A DNA stretch of 64,000 nucleotides. Source: an uncultured Clostridia bacterium (GTDB lineage Bacteria; Bacillota; Clostridia; TANB77; CAG-508). Position 1 is the first letter of the stretch. Every line of letters begins with the position of its first letter. The position numbers and the translations under genes were made by a program. Positions 31,874 to 40,442 of this stretch are shown here, piece by piece. Location of the stretch: the NCBI GenBank assembly GCA_963558245.1, contig CAUWGA010000001.1, forward strand, positions 14,284-78,283, given 5' to 3'. Under the pieces are notes generated by a model. The model did no database searches and had not been told where the DNA came from. It saw only the letters and a program-made list of their open reading frames with translations.

Positions 31874-31901
31874 ATTATATCATCTTTTTTTTAATTTGCA
31901 A
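31874..31901 (-). promoter_or_regulatory. candidate promoter TTGCAA-N16-TATAAT driving the T-box leader
   Basis: minus strand ttgcaaattaaaaaaaagatgatataat. Confidence 0.4.
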
Positions 31902-31993
31902 GTTTTTTATAGAAATTTTATTTTTAAATTTGAAATTTATATAATTGCATTTGTCTAATTTTAGATTAGACATTAAATTATTTATTATGAAAT

Positions 31994-32725
31994 TTATACA
32001 AATGATAGTGTTCCTTTTTCAAATCTATCTTTCCAGTTTTCTAATTCTTTTATCTTTATTCCATGTAAATTTAATGTCATTTTTTGTAATTTTAATTCTT
32101 TTGTTATTTCTTTATATTGTATATCTCTAGCTAACTCACTAGCATGTATCTTTTCAAAATTAATGTCCATATAATTTTTAATTTCTGAAAAACTCTCTGT
32201 AATGCTTTTGTCCATTGTTTGCAATATCTCTATTACGCCAAATCGGTCTTCTTTTCGACCTTTTTCTAATCTCATTATGCCTTCTGTATTTTCTTTTGTT
32301 GCTTTTTCCAAACTTACTATTCTTTCTGTATTTTCTTCTGTTGCTTTTTCCAAGCCTACTATCCTTTTTGTATTTTCTTGCGTTGCTTTTTCCAAGCCTA
32401 CTATCCTTTTTGTATTTTCTTGCGTTGCTTTTTCCAAGCCTACTATCCTTTTTGTATTTTCTTGCGTTGCTCTCTTTAGTTCATTAGTTTCATTTCTTAA
32501 TTCTTTCGTAGTTTCTTCCAAAGCAATTATTCTTTCTGTGTTTTCTTTAGTTGTCTCTCTTAGTTCCTGTATAGCTACTGTGTGTTCGTCTGTTTTCTTA
32601 TGTAACTCTCCTATTTCTTGTTGTAATGTTACAACTTGTGTTTCTAATCCATTAAACCTTGAATTAGTTTCCGTTCTAAACGCTCTTAGTTCTTTTAGAA
32701 CAACTGCGGTCATTTCATCTGACAT
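31994..32725 (-). CDS. coiled-coil protein with tandem 14-aa repeats (hypothetical)
   Basis: 243 aa; predicted all-helical; repeats KRIVGLEKATQENT in about 6 copies; heptad-like pattern throughout. Confidence 0.6.
   Translation of the reverse strand: MSDEMTAVVLKELRAFRTETNSRFNGLETQVVTLQQEIGELHKKTDEHTVAIQELRETTKENTERIIALEETTKELRNETNELKRATQENTKRIVGLEKATQENTKRIVGLEKATQENTKRIVGLEKATEENTERIVSLEKATKENTEGIMRLEKGRKEDRFGVIEILQTMDKSITESFSEIKNYMDINFEKIHASELARDIQYKEITKELKLQKMTLNLHGIKIKELENWKDRFEKGTLSFV
32283..32480. repeat. 42-bp tandem repeat (about 4.7 copies; last two full copies identical) inside the coiled-coil gene
   Basis: unit ttttgtattttcttgcgttgctttttccaagcctactatcct; encodes the 14-aa KRIVGLEKATQENT repeat on the minus strand. 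Confidence 0.85.
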
Positions 32726-32825
32726 AGCATCAACTCCTTAAAAATATTGATAGCCCCTATTGGTTTATATTTAATCACACATTAATATAAAAGTCAAGCA
32801 TAAATATGAATTTATTCGTTAATTT

Positions 32826-32873
32826 TTTAAAATAAAAAATACATCCTAAATACTTTAAAATTTAAGATGTATT
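32826..32873 (-). terminator. rho-independent terminator after the pta-ackA-ackA operon
   Basis: AATACATCCTAAAT...ATTTAAGATGTATT stem with a T-run on the minus strand. Confidence 0.55.
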
Positions 32874-32883
32874 CTTTATTTTA

Positions 32884-34101
32884 TTACTGAATATTTGCTA
32901 ATCTTTCTGTCTCTTTAGCTATCATTAATTCTTCATTTGTAGGTATTACATAAACCTTAATTTTAGAATTTTCAGTTGAAATAGCTTTTTCTTCTCCTCT
33001 CATATTATTAGCATCAATGTCTAAATCTACTCCCATAAATTTAAGTTTTTCACAAATTCCTTTTCTTATATTAATTTGATTTTCTCCTATTCCTCCAGTA
33101 AATATAATATAATCTAAACCATCCATTTCAGCTGCATATTTTGCAACATCACCTGCTATTGCATATTCAAAACTTTCTATTGCAATTTTAGCTCTTTCAT
33201 TTCCTTCATTTGATGCTTCTTCAATTACTCTAAAATCTGGTGCTAAACCTGATATTCCAGAAACACCTGATTTTTTATTTAATAAATCTTCCATTTCTTG
33301 AGCTGTTAATTTTTCTTTTTTCATTAAATATGTTAAAACTGATGGATCTAAGTCTCCACTTCTTGTAACCATTGGAATTCCTCCTAGTGGTGTTAATCCC
33401 ATGCTTGTATCTATTGATTTTCCTCCATCAACAGCACATATACTTGATCCTTGACCTAAGTGGCATGTAACTATTTTTAAGTCTTTTATATCTTTTTCTT
33501 CTATTTGAGCTAATCTTTGTGAAACATACATATGAGATGTTCCGTGTGCTCCATATTTTCTTACACCATATTTTTTGTAAAATTCATATGGTATTGCATA
33601 AATATATTTGTCTTTAGGCATTGTTTGATGAAAAGTTGTATCAAAAACTGCTACCATTGGTTTTCCAGGCATCACATTTTTACATGCTTCCATTCCTAAA
33701 ATAGATGCTGGGTTATGTAATGGAGCAAATTCACTACATTCATCTATTTGTGTCATAACCTTATCATTTATTAATGCTGATTCTTTAAATATTTCTCCTC
33801 CATGTACTACTCTATGTCCTATTGCATCTATTTCATCTAAGTTATCTATTACTTTGTATTCTGGATTTGTAAATTGAGCAAGTGTAAATTCAATAGCCTC
33901 TTTGTGATTATATGCAGGTTTTTTTATTTCTGTTTTTTTACCATTTGCTTTATGAGTAATAAAAGCTTCTTCTTCTCCTATTCTTTCATATTTACCAGAA
34001 GCTAGTACTTCTTCAGTTTGCATATTTATTAATTGATATTTTAATGATGAACTTCCACAGTTTAATACTAATATTTTCATTATTATTCCTCCTCTATACA
34101 T
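32884..34101 (-). CDS. ackA: acetate kinase (paralog 1)
   Basis: 405 aa; KILVLNCGSSSLKYQL N-terminus and AckA/propionate kinase signatures (HGTSH, IVTCHLGQGSSI). Confidence 0.9.
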   Translation of the reverse strand: MYRGGIIMKILVLNCGSSSLKYQLINMQTEEVLASGKYERIGEEEAFITHKANGKKTEIKKPAYNHKEAIEFTLAQFTNPEYKVIDNLDEIDAIGHRVVHGGEIFKESALINDKVMTQIDECSEFAPLHNPASILGMEACKNVMPGKPMVAVFDTTFHQTMPKDKYIYAIPYEFYKKYGVRKYGAHGTSHMYVSQRLAQIEEKDIKDLKIVTCHLGQGSSICAVDGGKSIDTSMGLTPLGGIPMVTRSGDLDPSVLTYLMKKEKLTAQEMEDLLNKKSGVSGISGLAPDFRVIEEASNEGNERAKIAIESFEYAIAGDVAKYAAEMDGLDYIIFTGGIGENQINIRKGICEKLKFMGVDLDIDANNMRGEEKAISTENSKIKVYVIPTNEELMIAKETERLANIQ

Positions 34102-35291
34102 TTTTTAGTTTCTCTAGCAATCATTAATTCTTCATTTGTAGGTATTACATAAACTGGCATACTAGAATCTTCCGCTGATACTTTTGCTTCGTCTCCTTTT
34201 ATTGCTTGATTTTGTACTTCATCAAGTTTTATTCCAAAATATTTTAATCTATTACAGATCTCTTGTCTAGAATCTTGACCTTTCTCTCCTACTCCTGCTG
34301 TAAATGTAATTACATCGGCTCCTCCCATTGCAACCATATATTTTGCAACATATGATGCAACAGTATCATGGAAAATATCTAATGCTAATTGAGCATGTTT
34401 TCCACCAGAAGCTGCATCTACTTCTATATCTCTAAAATCAACAGATACTCCTGAAATTCCATATACTCCTGATTCTTTATTTAATATACTTTCTATTTCT
34501 CTTGCATTAAGCTCATGTTTTTGCATTATATATGTTACTACTGATGGGTCTAAATCTCCACTTCTTGTCCCCATAACTATTCCTCCAAGTGGTGTTAATC
34601 CCATACTTGTTTCTACAGATTTACCATTTTGGATTGCACATATACTTCCCCCTTGACCTAAATGACAGTTTATAATTTTTAGATCTTTTATATCTTTTCC
34701 CATTAGTTCTGCTACTCTATATGCAACATATTTATGTGAAGTTCCATGGAATCCATATTTTCTAATACCATATTTTTCATAATATTCATATGGTATAGGA
34801 TATAAATATCTTTCCTTTGGAATTGTTTGATGAAATGCTGTATCAAAAACAGCTACCATTTTCATATTTGGAACAACTTTTCTACATGCTTCTATTCCTA
34901 AAAGTACAGCAGGATTATGAATAGGTGCTAGTTCACTACATTCTTTCATTATATTTATAACATTATCATCTATAATAACTGAATCAGAAATTTTCTCTCC
35001 TCCGTGAACTGCTCTATGTCCTATTCCCATTAATTCATCCAAACTTTTTATAACTCCATAATGGTCATTTGTTAATCTTTTTAAAACAAATCTAATTGCT
35101 TCTTCATGGTTTGCTACTCTTACTTCAAATTTATGTTTTACGCCATTAACTTTATGTGTTAAAAAAGAATTTGCTTGACCAATTCTTTCAAAGTTACCTT
35201 TAGCTAATTGTTGTTCTGTATCCATATCTATAACTTGATATTTAAGTGTTGAACTTCCTGAATTTAATACTAAAATTTTCATATTTACCAT
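34083..35291 (-). CDS. acetate/propionate kinase (paralog 2, tandem duplicate)
   Basis: 402 aa; KILVLNSGSSTLKYQV, HGTSH, IINCHLGQGGSI; about 55-60% identical to the downstream paralog; overlaps it by 19 nt. Confidence 0.85.
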   Translation of the reverse strand: MVNMKILVLNSGSSTLKYQVIDMDTEQQLAKGNFERIGQANSFLTHKVNGVKHKFEVRVANHEEAIRFVLKRLTNDHYGVIKSLDELMGIGHRAVHGGEKISDSVIIDDNVINIMKECSELAPIHNPAVLLGIEACRKVVPNMKMVAVFDTAFHQTIPKERYLYPIPYEYYEKYGIRKYGFHGTSHKYVAYRVAELMGKDIKDLKIINCHLGQGGSICAIQNGKSVETSMGLTPLGGIVMGTRSGDLDPSVVTYIMQKHELNAREIESILNKESGVYGISGVSVDFRDIEVDAASGGKHAQLALDIFHDTVASYVAKYMVAMGGADVITFTAGVGEKGQDSRQEICNRLKYFGIKLDEVQNQAIKGDEAKVSAEDSSMPVYVIPTNEELMIARETKKCIEEE

Positions 35292-35307
35292 CTTTCCTTT
35301 CTAATCG

Positions 35308-35402
35308 GATGTCCTATTGGGGACAGGTCCAAAATGGACATTCTATTTTTTGATTATATGCTTTGCTAAATGTCCACTTTGGACCTGTCCCCAATTAGAC
35401 AT
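35308..35402. mobile_element. minimal nested-palindrome MITE-like element (copy F; 95 bp) inside the pta-ackA operon
   Basis: gatgtcctattggggacaggtccaaaatggacatt ... aaatgtccactttggacctgtccccaattagacat; lies between the pta stop (35405) and the RBS of ackA paralog 2. Confidence 0.85.
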
Positions 35403-35404
35403 AA

Positions 35405-36409
35405 TTACATTTTTTGGGCTTGAACAGCTGTTATTGCAACCACTCCCACAATATCTTTACTACTACATCCTCTTGACAAGTCATTTACTGGTCTTGCTAT
35501 TCCTTGACAAAGTGGACCATATGCTTCAGCTTTTCCTAATCTTTGTACTAATTTATATCCAATATTTCCTGCATCTAAATTTGGAAATATTAATACATTT
35601 GCTTCTCCTTTAATTGGACTATTGGGAGCTTTTGATTTTGCTATTTCTGGTATTATTGCTGCATCTAATTGTAATTCACCATCTACCAATAATTCTGGCA
35701 TCTTTTCTTTTACTTTATTTGTAGCATTTATTACTTTTTCTGTTAGTTCTGATTTTGCACTTCCGTGTGTAGAATAAGAAAGCATTGCAACTTTGGGTTC
35801 TTTTTCTACTAATTGTTTAAAACTCTTGCTTGATGAAATTGCAATTTCTGAAAGTTGTTCATCTGTTGGATTTTCATTTAATCCACTATCTCCAAAAATA
35901 AATGTTCCTTTTTCTCCACTTTCGCACTCTGGAACTACCATAACAAAAAATGCTGAAACTAATTTTGTGTTAGGTGCTGTTTTTAAAATTTGAAGCGCAG
36001 GCCTTAATGTATCTGATGTTGAATGTGCTGCTCCCGAAACTAATCCATCCGCTTCTGATTTTTCGTCTTTTAACATTAATGTCCCAAAATAAACTGGATC
36101 ATTAACTAATTCTTCTGCTTTTTCTTTAGTCATTCCTTTTTCTTTTCTTAATTCATACAAAAGGTTTACATATTCAGCATGCTTAGTTGAAGTTATCGGA
36201 TTAACTATTTTTGCTTTTGAAATATTAATATTATTTTCATTTGCTATTTTTTGTATTTCATCTTCATTACCAATAAGAACTATTTTAGCAAATTCTTCTT
36301 TTAATATTTGTTCTGCTGCTTGTAATACTCTTATGTCATTAGCCTCTGGAAGAACAATTGTCTTTATTTCTTCTTTTGCCCTTTGTTTTACTCTATCTAT
36401 GAATGTCAT
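35405..36409 (-). CDS. pta: phosphate acetyltransferase
   Basis: 334 aa; PTA_PTB domain (VLPEANDIRVL, GDSGLNENPTDEQL, SRGCSSKDIV). Confidence 0.9.
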   Translation of the reverse strand: MTFIDRVKQRAKEEIKTIVLPEANDIRVLQAAEQILKEEFAKIVLIGNEDEIQKIANENNINISKAKIVNPITSTKHAEYVNLLYELRKEKGMTKEKAEELVNDPVYFGTLMLKDEKSEADGLVSGAAHSTSDTLRPALQILKTAPNTKLVSAFFVMVVPECESGEKGTFIFGDSGLNENPTDEQLSEIAISSSKSFKQLVEKEPKVAMLSYSTHGSAKSELTEKVINATNKVKEKMPELLVDGELQLDAAIIPEIAKSKAPNSPIKGEANVLIFPNLDAGNIGYKLVQRLGKAEAYGPLCQGIARPVNDLSRGCSSKDIVGVVAITAVQAQKM

Positions 36410-36493
36410 TTTCTTCCTCCTAACTTTTATATTTTGAATACATTATATAGGTAAAAATTAAAAAGTACAAGACTTTACTTGTACTTTTCTTTT

Positions 36494-37018
36494 TTATCCC
36501 ATTAATTCTTTTATTTCTTCATCTTGTTGTAATTCTTTAGATATAAAATGATATGCTTGTTTATTTTGTTTTACTGCAATAATTGCAAGCTCTTTATCAT
36601 TTTTCAATCTACTACTTGCATATTTTATTATTATTCCTTTATTACTTACAGCTGATTTTACAAGTTCTCTATCATCTCTTAATTTTTCACTTGCAAAATA
36701 TAATCCTTGTCCATAATTTTTGCAACTTTCTAAAATTACATCTCTATCTTCTCTTAATTCTTCTGAAGCATAACATACTGTCCATGGAGCTCCACATACA
36801 CCTTTCATGATGACTTCTTTGTCATTTTTTAGTCTTGGACTTGCAAATTCTAATGCTTCTGGGTCTTGTTCTAATGCTGTCATTACTACTTTTTTGTCAT
36901 CTTGCAGTTCTTTTGATGCTAAATCTAAAAATTTCCCGTTTTCTTTAACCGCTTCTAATACAAATTCTTTATTGTTATTATTTTGCATAACATCTTCTTC
37001 GGTCATCTTTATTTTCAT
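36494..37018 (-). CDS. DUF4116 repeat protein
   Basis: 174 aa; five repeats of the LxxDxExVxxAVxxNGxxLxYAS pattern (e.g. LKNDKEVIMKGV, LRDDRELVKSAV). Confidence 0.6.
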   Translation of the reverse strand: MKIKMTEEDVMQNNNNKEFVLEAVKENGKFLDLASKELQDDKKVVMTALEQDPEALEFASPRLKNDKEVIMKGVCGAPWTVCYASEELREDRDVILESCKNYGQGLYFASEKLRDDRELVKSAVSNKGIIIKYASSRLKNDKELAIIAVKQNKQAYHFISKELQQDEEIKELMG

Positions 37019-37069
37019 CCCTTTCCGAAAGCATCAATAAAAAGTTAAATTTGTAGTTTTTTCAACTAT

Positions 37070-37732
37070 TTATTTTAACTTTGCAATCAATGCTTTTATT
37101 TTAATTCCCTGTTCCGAAAACATTTTTTCATGTTCTGTTTCTATATTTCTCTCAAAAATAGGTTCACTATGTAAATCATATGTTTTATTTAAAATTTCAA
37201 ATCCAGCTTCTTCAAAATATCCTAAACTTGATTCAAATAGTCCATCATCATCTGTTTTAAAATATATTTCACCATTTTCTGATAAAAATTCTTTATATTT
37301 TTCTAATTGTCTTGTATGTGTTAGTCTCTTTTTTCTATGTTTTCCTTTAGGCCAAGGATTACAAAAATTAATATAAATTCTTTTTACATTATCCTCTTTT
37401 GATAATATTAAATTTATTCTTTCAATATCAAATCTAGTAATCATGACATTATTAGGCTCTAATTTAGCTTCATTATAACTTTGTTCTATATTTCTTTTTG
37501 CTAGCCCTAACATTGCATCAACTAAGTCAATTGCTAAATAATTTATTTTTTGATTTTCTACTGCTAATTGTGATATAAATTGACCTTTTCCACATCCTAA
37601 TTCTAACATAAACGGTTGATTTTGATTATTAAAGTGCTCTTTCCACTTTCCTTTCCATCTTTCTGGTTCATCTTCATAAAATTTACTAGCTTCTAATTCT
37701 GGTCTTGCCCATTTTTTATATCTGATTCTCAT
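37070..37732 (-). CDS. trmB: tRNA (guanine46-N7)-methyltransferase
   Basis: 220 aa; SAM-binding LELGCGKGQF and conserved FCNPWPK. Confidence 0.88.
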   Translation of the reverse strand: MRIRYKKWARPELEASKFYEDEPERWKGKWKEHFNNQNQPFMLELGCGKGQFISQLAVENQKINYLAIDLVDAMLGLAKRNIEQSYNEAKLEPNNVMITRFDIERINLILSKEDNVKRIYINFCNPWPKGKHRKKRLTHTRQLEKYKEFLSENGEIYFKTDDDGLFESSLGYFEEAGFEILNKTYDLHSEPIFERNIETEHEKMFSEQGIKIKALIAKLK

Positions 37733-37870
37733 ATTGTGTTCCTTCCTATTTTTTAATTAAATTTCTTTCTTATTTTATCAAATAAATCATAGTTATTCAA
37801 GAATATTTATTTACATTATGTAAATTTTTTTATATAATGTTGTTTAAATTTGTATAAAGGAATTATTTAA

Positions 37871-38749
37871 ATGGATTTAAAATATGTTGTAAAAGATTTA
37901 TTAACTTATCAAAATATTAATCAAATACTTACTAATCACTTTAAAATTTCGACAAGATTACTAAATAAATTAATTAAAAATCATCTTATTTATAAAAATT
38001 TTGAAATTGCTGATACCAGAGAAAACATAAGCATTGGAGATATAATAACTATCAATTTAAACTATAATGAAGATAATTCAAATATAATTCCAACTAAAAT
38101 GCCGTTAGATATAATATATGAGGATGATTGGTTTATAATTATAAATAAGCCAGCTGGCATCCCTGTTCATCCTGCTGTTCTTCATTACACTGATTCTCTT
38201 TCTAATGGTGTTAGATATTATTTTGATTCTATTAATTTAAAGAAAAAAATTAGACCTGTTAATAGACTTGATTTAAATACTTCTGGAATAGTTATCTTTG
38301 CAAAGTCTGAATATATACAAGAACAGTTATCTTATCAAATGAAAGAAGATACATTAAAAAAAGAATATATTTGTTTTATTAATGGTTCTTTAGATAAAAA
38401 GTCTGGAATTATAGATTTACCAATAGCAAGAAAAGATGGAAGCATAATTGAAAGATGTATTGATAATACTGGTCAAAAATCTATTACTATTTATGAAGTA
38501 TTAAGAAAATATGATAAATATAGTAAAGTTAGATGTCTTTTAAAAACAGGTAGAACTCATCAAATACGAGTTCATTTTAGTCATATTGGGCATCCTCTTT
38601 TAGGCGATACTTTATATGGATTTTCTTCTGATTTTATTGATAGACAGGCTTTACATAGTTATAAAGTTAGCTTTATTCATCCAATTACTTTAGAATATTT
38701 AAGTTTTACTGCTCCAATTCCTGACGATATGGCTAATTTAGATATATAA
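37871..38749 (+). CDS. RluA-family pseudouridine synthase
   Basis: 292 aa; catalytic motif VNRLDLNTSGIVIFAKS and TGRTHQIRVHF. Confidence 0.85.
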   Translation: MDLKYVVKDLLTYQNINQILTNHFKISTRLLNKLIKNHLIYKNFEIADTRENISIGDIITINLNYNEDNSNIIPTKMPLDIIYEDDWFIIINKPAGIPVHPAVLHYTDSLSNGVRYYFDSINLKKKIRPVNRLDLNTSGIVIFAKSEYIQEQLSYQMKEDTLKKEYICFINGSLDKKSGIIDLPIARKDGSIIERCIDNTGQKSITIYEVLRKYDKYSKVRCLLKTGRTHQIRVHFSHIGHPLLGDTLYGFSSDFIDRQALHSYKVSFIHPITLEYLSFTAPIPDDMANLDI

Positions 38750-38864
38750 CACATTAAAATTTCTAAGATATTATTTTAAAAAGGAAACTACTCTATTAAT
38801 TAGTAATTTCCTTTTTATAGTTATTTCTTTATATTTCACAGTTATCTTTAGAATAATTGTCAAT

Positions 38865-39767
38865 TTAATTAACATTATTAGATTTTATTATATTCATTGC
38901 AGCAATTACACCTTCATGAACAGCTTTCGCAACTTGTAGTAATCCTCCAACGCAGTCTCCACAAGCATATAAACCTTTAATGCTTGTTTCCATATTTTCA
39001 TTTACTACAATTTTATCTTTATTTACTAATGCTCCTAATTTTTTAGCAAATTCTGTACTTCCTGCAACGCCTTGAGCAACAAAAACTCCGTCTGTTTTTA
39101 TTGTACTTCCATCTTCTAACTCAACTGCTTCTACTTTCTCCGTTCCATTAATAGCTGTTACACCTCTTGTTTCTATTTTAACATTTTCAGCTCTAATTTC
39201 TGGCGCTTTTTCGCCATTAGTTAATATTGTTATTGAATTTGCTAAATTTATTAAATCATTTGTTTCAGAAATTGCATAATCTCCACTTCCTAAAACTGTC
39301 ACATCTTTTCCCCTGTAAAAGAATCCATCACAAATAGCACAATAACTTACACCTTTTCCTTCTAATTCTTTAATACCTTTAATTTGGGGCTTATTCTTTT
39401 TATTTCCTGTAGCCAAAATTACATATTTAGATTTATATTCACTTTTAGATGTAATTATCAAAAATCCATCTGGAATTTTTTCTAATTTTATTACTTCTTC
39501 TTCATATACGTCTACTCCAATATTTTTTGCTTGTTTAATTCCATTTTCATATAAGTCTTTACCAGAAATTCCATTTTCAAATCCATAGTAATTATCAATT
39601 TCAGTTGCTTTTTCTAAACTTGAATCATCTTTATATAATACCAATGTTTTTTTATTTGCTCTTTTTGTATATAAACTTGCTGAAATTCCAGCAGGTCCAG
39701 CTCCTATTATAACAACATCATATTCCATAATTTTCCTCCTTGCTGTTACTATAATATTTTTTATCAT
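38865..39767 (-). CDS. trxB: thioredoxin-disulfide reductase
   Basis: 300 aa; FAD motif IIGAGPAG, redox-active CAICDG, NADPH motif. Confidence 0.85.
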   Translation of the reverse strand: MIKNIIVTARRKIMEYDVVIIGAGPAGISASLYTKRANKKTLVLYKDDSSLEKATEIDNYYGFENGISGKDLYENGIKQAKNIGVDVYEEEVIKLEKIPDGFLIITSKSEYKSKYVILATGNKKNKPQIKGIKELEGKGVSYCAICDGFFYRGKDVTVLGSGDYAISETNDLINLANSITILTNGEKAPEIRAENVKIETRGVTAINGTEKVEAVELEDGSTIKTDGVFVAQGVAGSTEFAKKLGALVNKDKIVVNENMETSIKGLYACGDCVGGLLQVAKAVHEGVIAAMNIIKSNNVN

Positions 39768-39788
39768 TAAAACACATTCATATCTTTT

Positions 39789-40331
39789 TTGTCAATAATT
39801 ATAAATTATTCTTTTAAGCTACAATTCCTATTTCTTACTTTTTATGTTATAATAATTGTGGTGATTAAATTGAAAGAATTATTTTTAAATAAAACAACAT
39901 ATACTCAAGAATTATATAGTCAATTCATTAAATTTCATAATAAAACTTATCATTTTTCTTATAAGTCATTCACAATAATTATTCTAGGCTTTTTATTGCT
40001 TTGTTTAGTACTTCAATTTATAAATCATTACTATGTTTTAGTTTGCTTACTTACCATTATAACTATTTCCTTTTTATTGTGGAGAATTTTTCATCCTATA
40101 TCACTTGTACAAAAAGAATTTACAAGTGATAAAATTAAAAATAATAAAATATTTACTTTTAAGTTTTATGATAAATATTTTGAAATTTTAGATGATTTGC
40201 AATATTCCAAATTAAAATATTATAATATTTATAAAGTATATGAAACTAACAATTTTTTCTACATCTATATTGATAAAACACATGCACTTATATTAAAAAA
40301 AGAAAATTTTTTAATCCGGTACAACCTCTGA
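39789..40331 (+). CDS. hypothetical membrane protein (YcxB-like)
   Basis: two TM helices followed by a roughly 70-aa soluble domain; start uncertain (possible GTG/TTG near 39861). Confidence 0.35.
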   Translation: MSIIINYSFKLQFLFLTFYVIIIVVIKLKELFLNKTTYTQELYSQFIKFHNKTYHFSYKSFTIIILGFLLLCLVLQFINHYYVLVCLLTIITISFLLWRIFHPISLVQKEFTSDKIKNNKIFTFKFYDKYFEILDDLQYSKLKYYNIYKVYETNNFFYIYIDKTHALILKKENFLIRYNL

Positions 40332-40373
40332 TTTTACTAGGTTTATTAACAAAAAAACTTTATTCAAATGCAA

Positions 40374-40408
40374 AAAAGTCAAATAAATGTTTGACTTTTT
40401 ATTTTTTT
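40374..40408 (+). terminator. rho-independent terminator
   Basis: AAAAGTCAAA-taaatg-TTTGACTTTT, then a T-run. Confidence 0.7.
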
Positions 40409-40442
40409 ATGTTATAATAAGTACAAATGTTCGTACAGGAGT

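Noticed and set aside
32202-32741. 179-aa and 90-aa + strand ORFs with repetitive FSCVAFSKPTIL / LSFLYFLALLFPSL sequence
   Set aside because: They are mirror-frame artefacts of the 42-bp tandem repeat in the minus-strand coiled-coil gene. The periodicity is identical and there is no independent start context.
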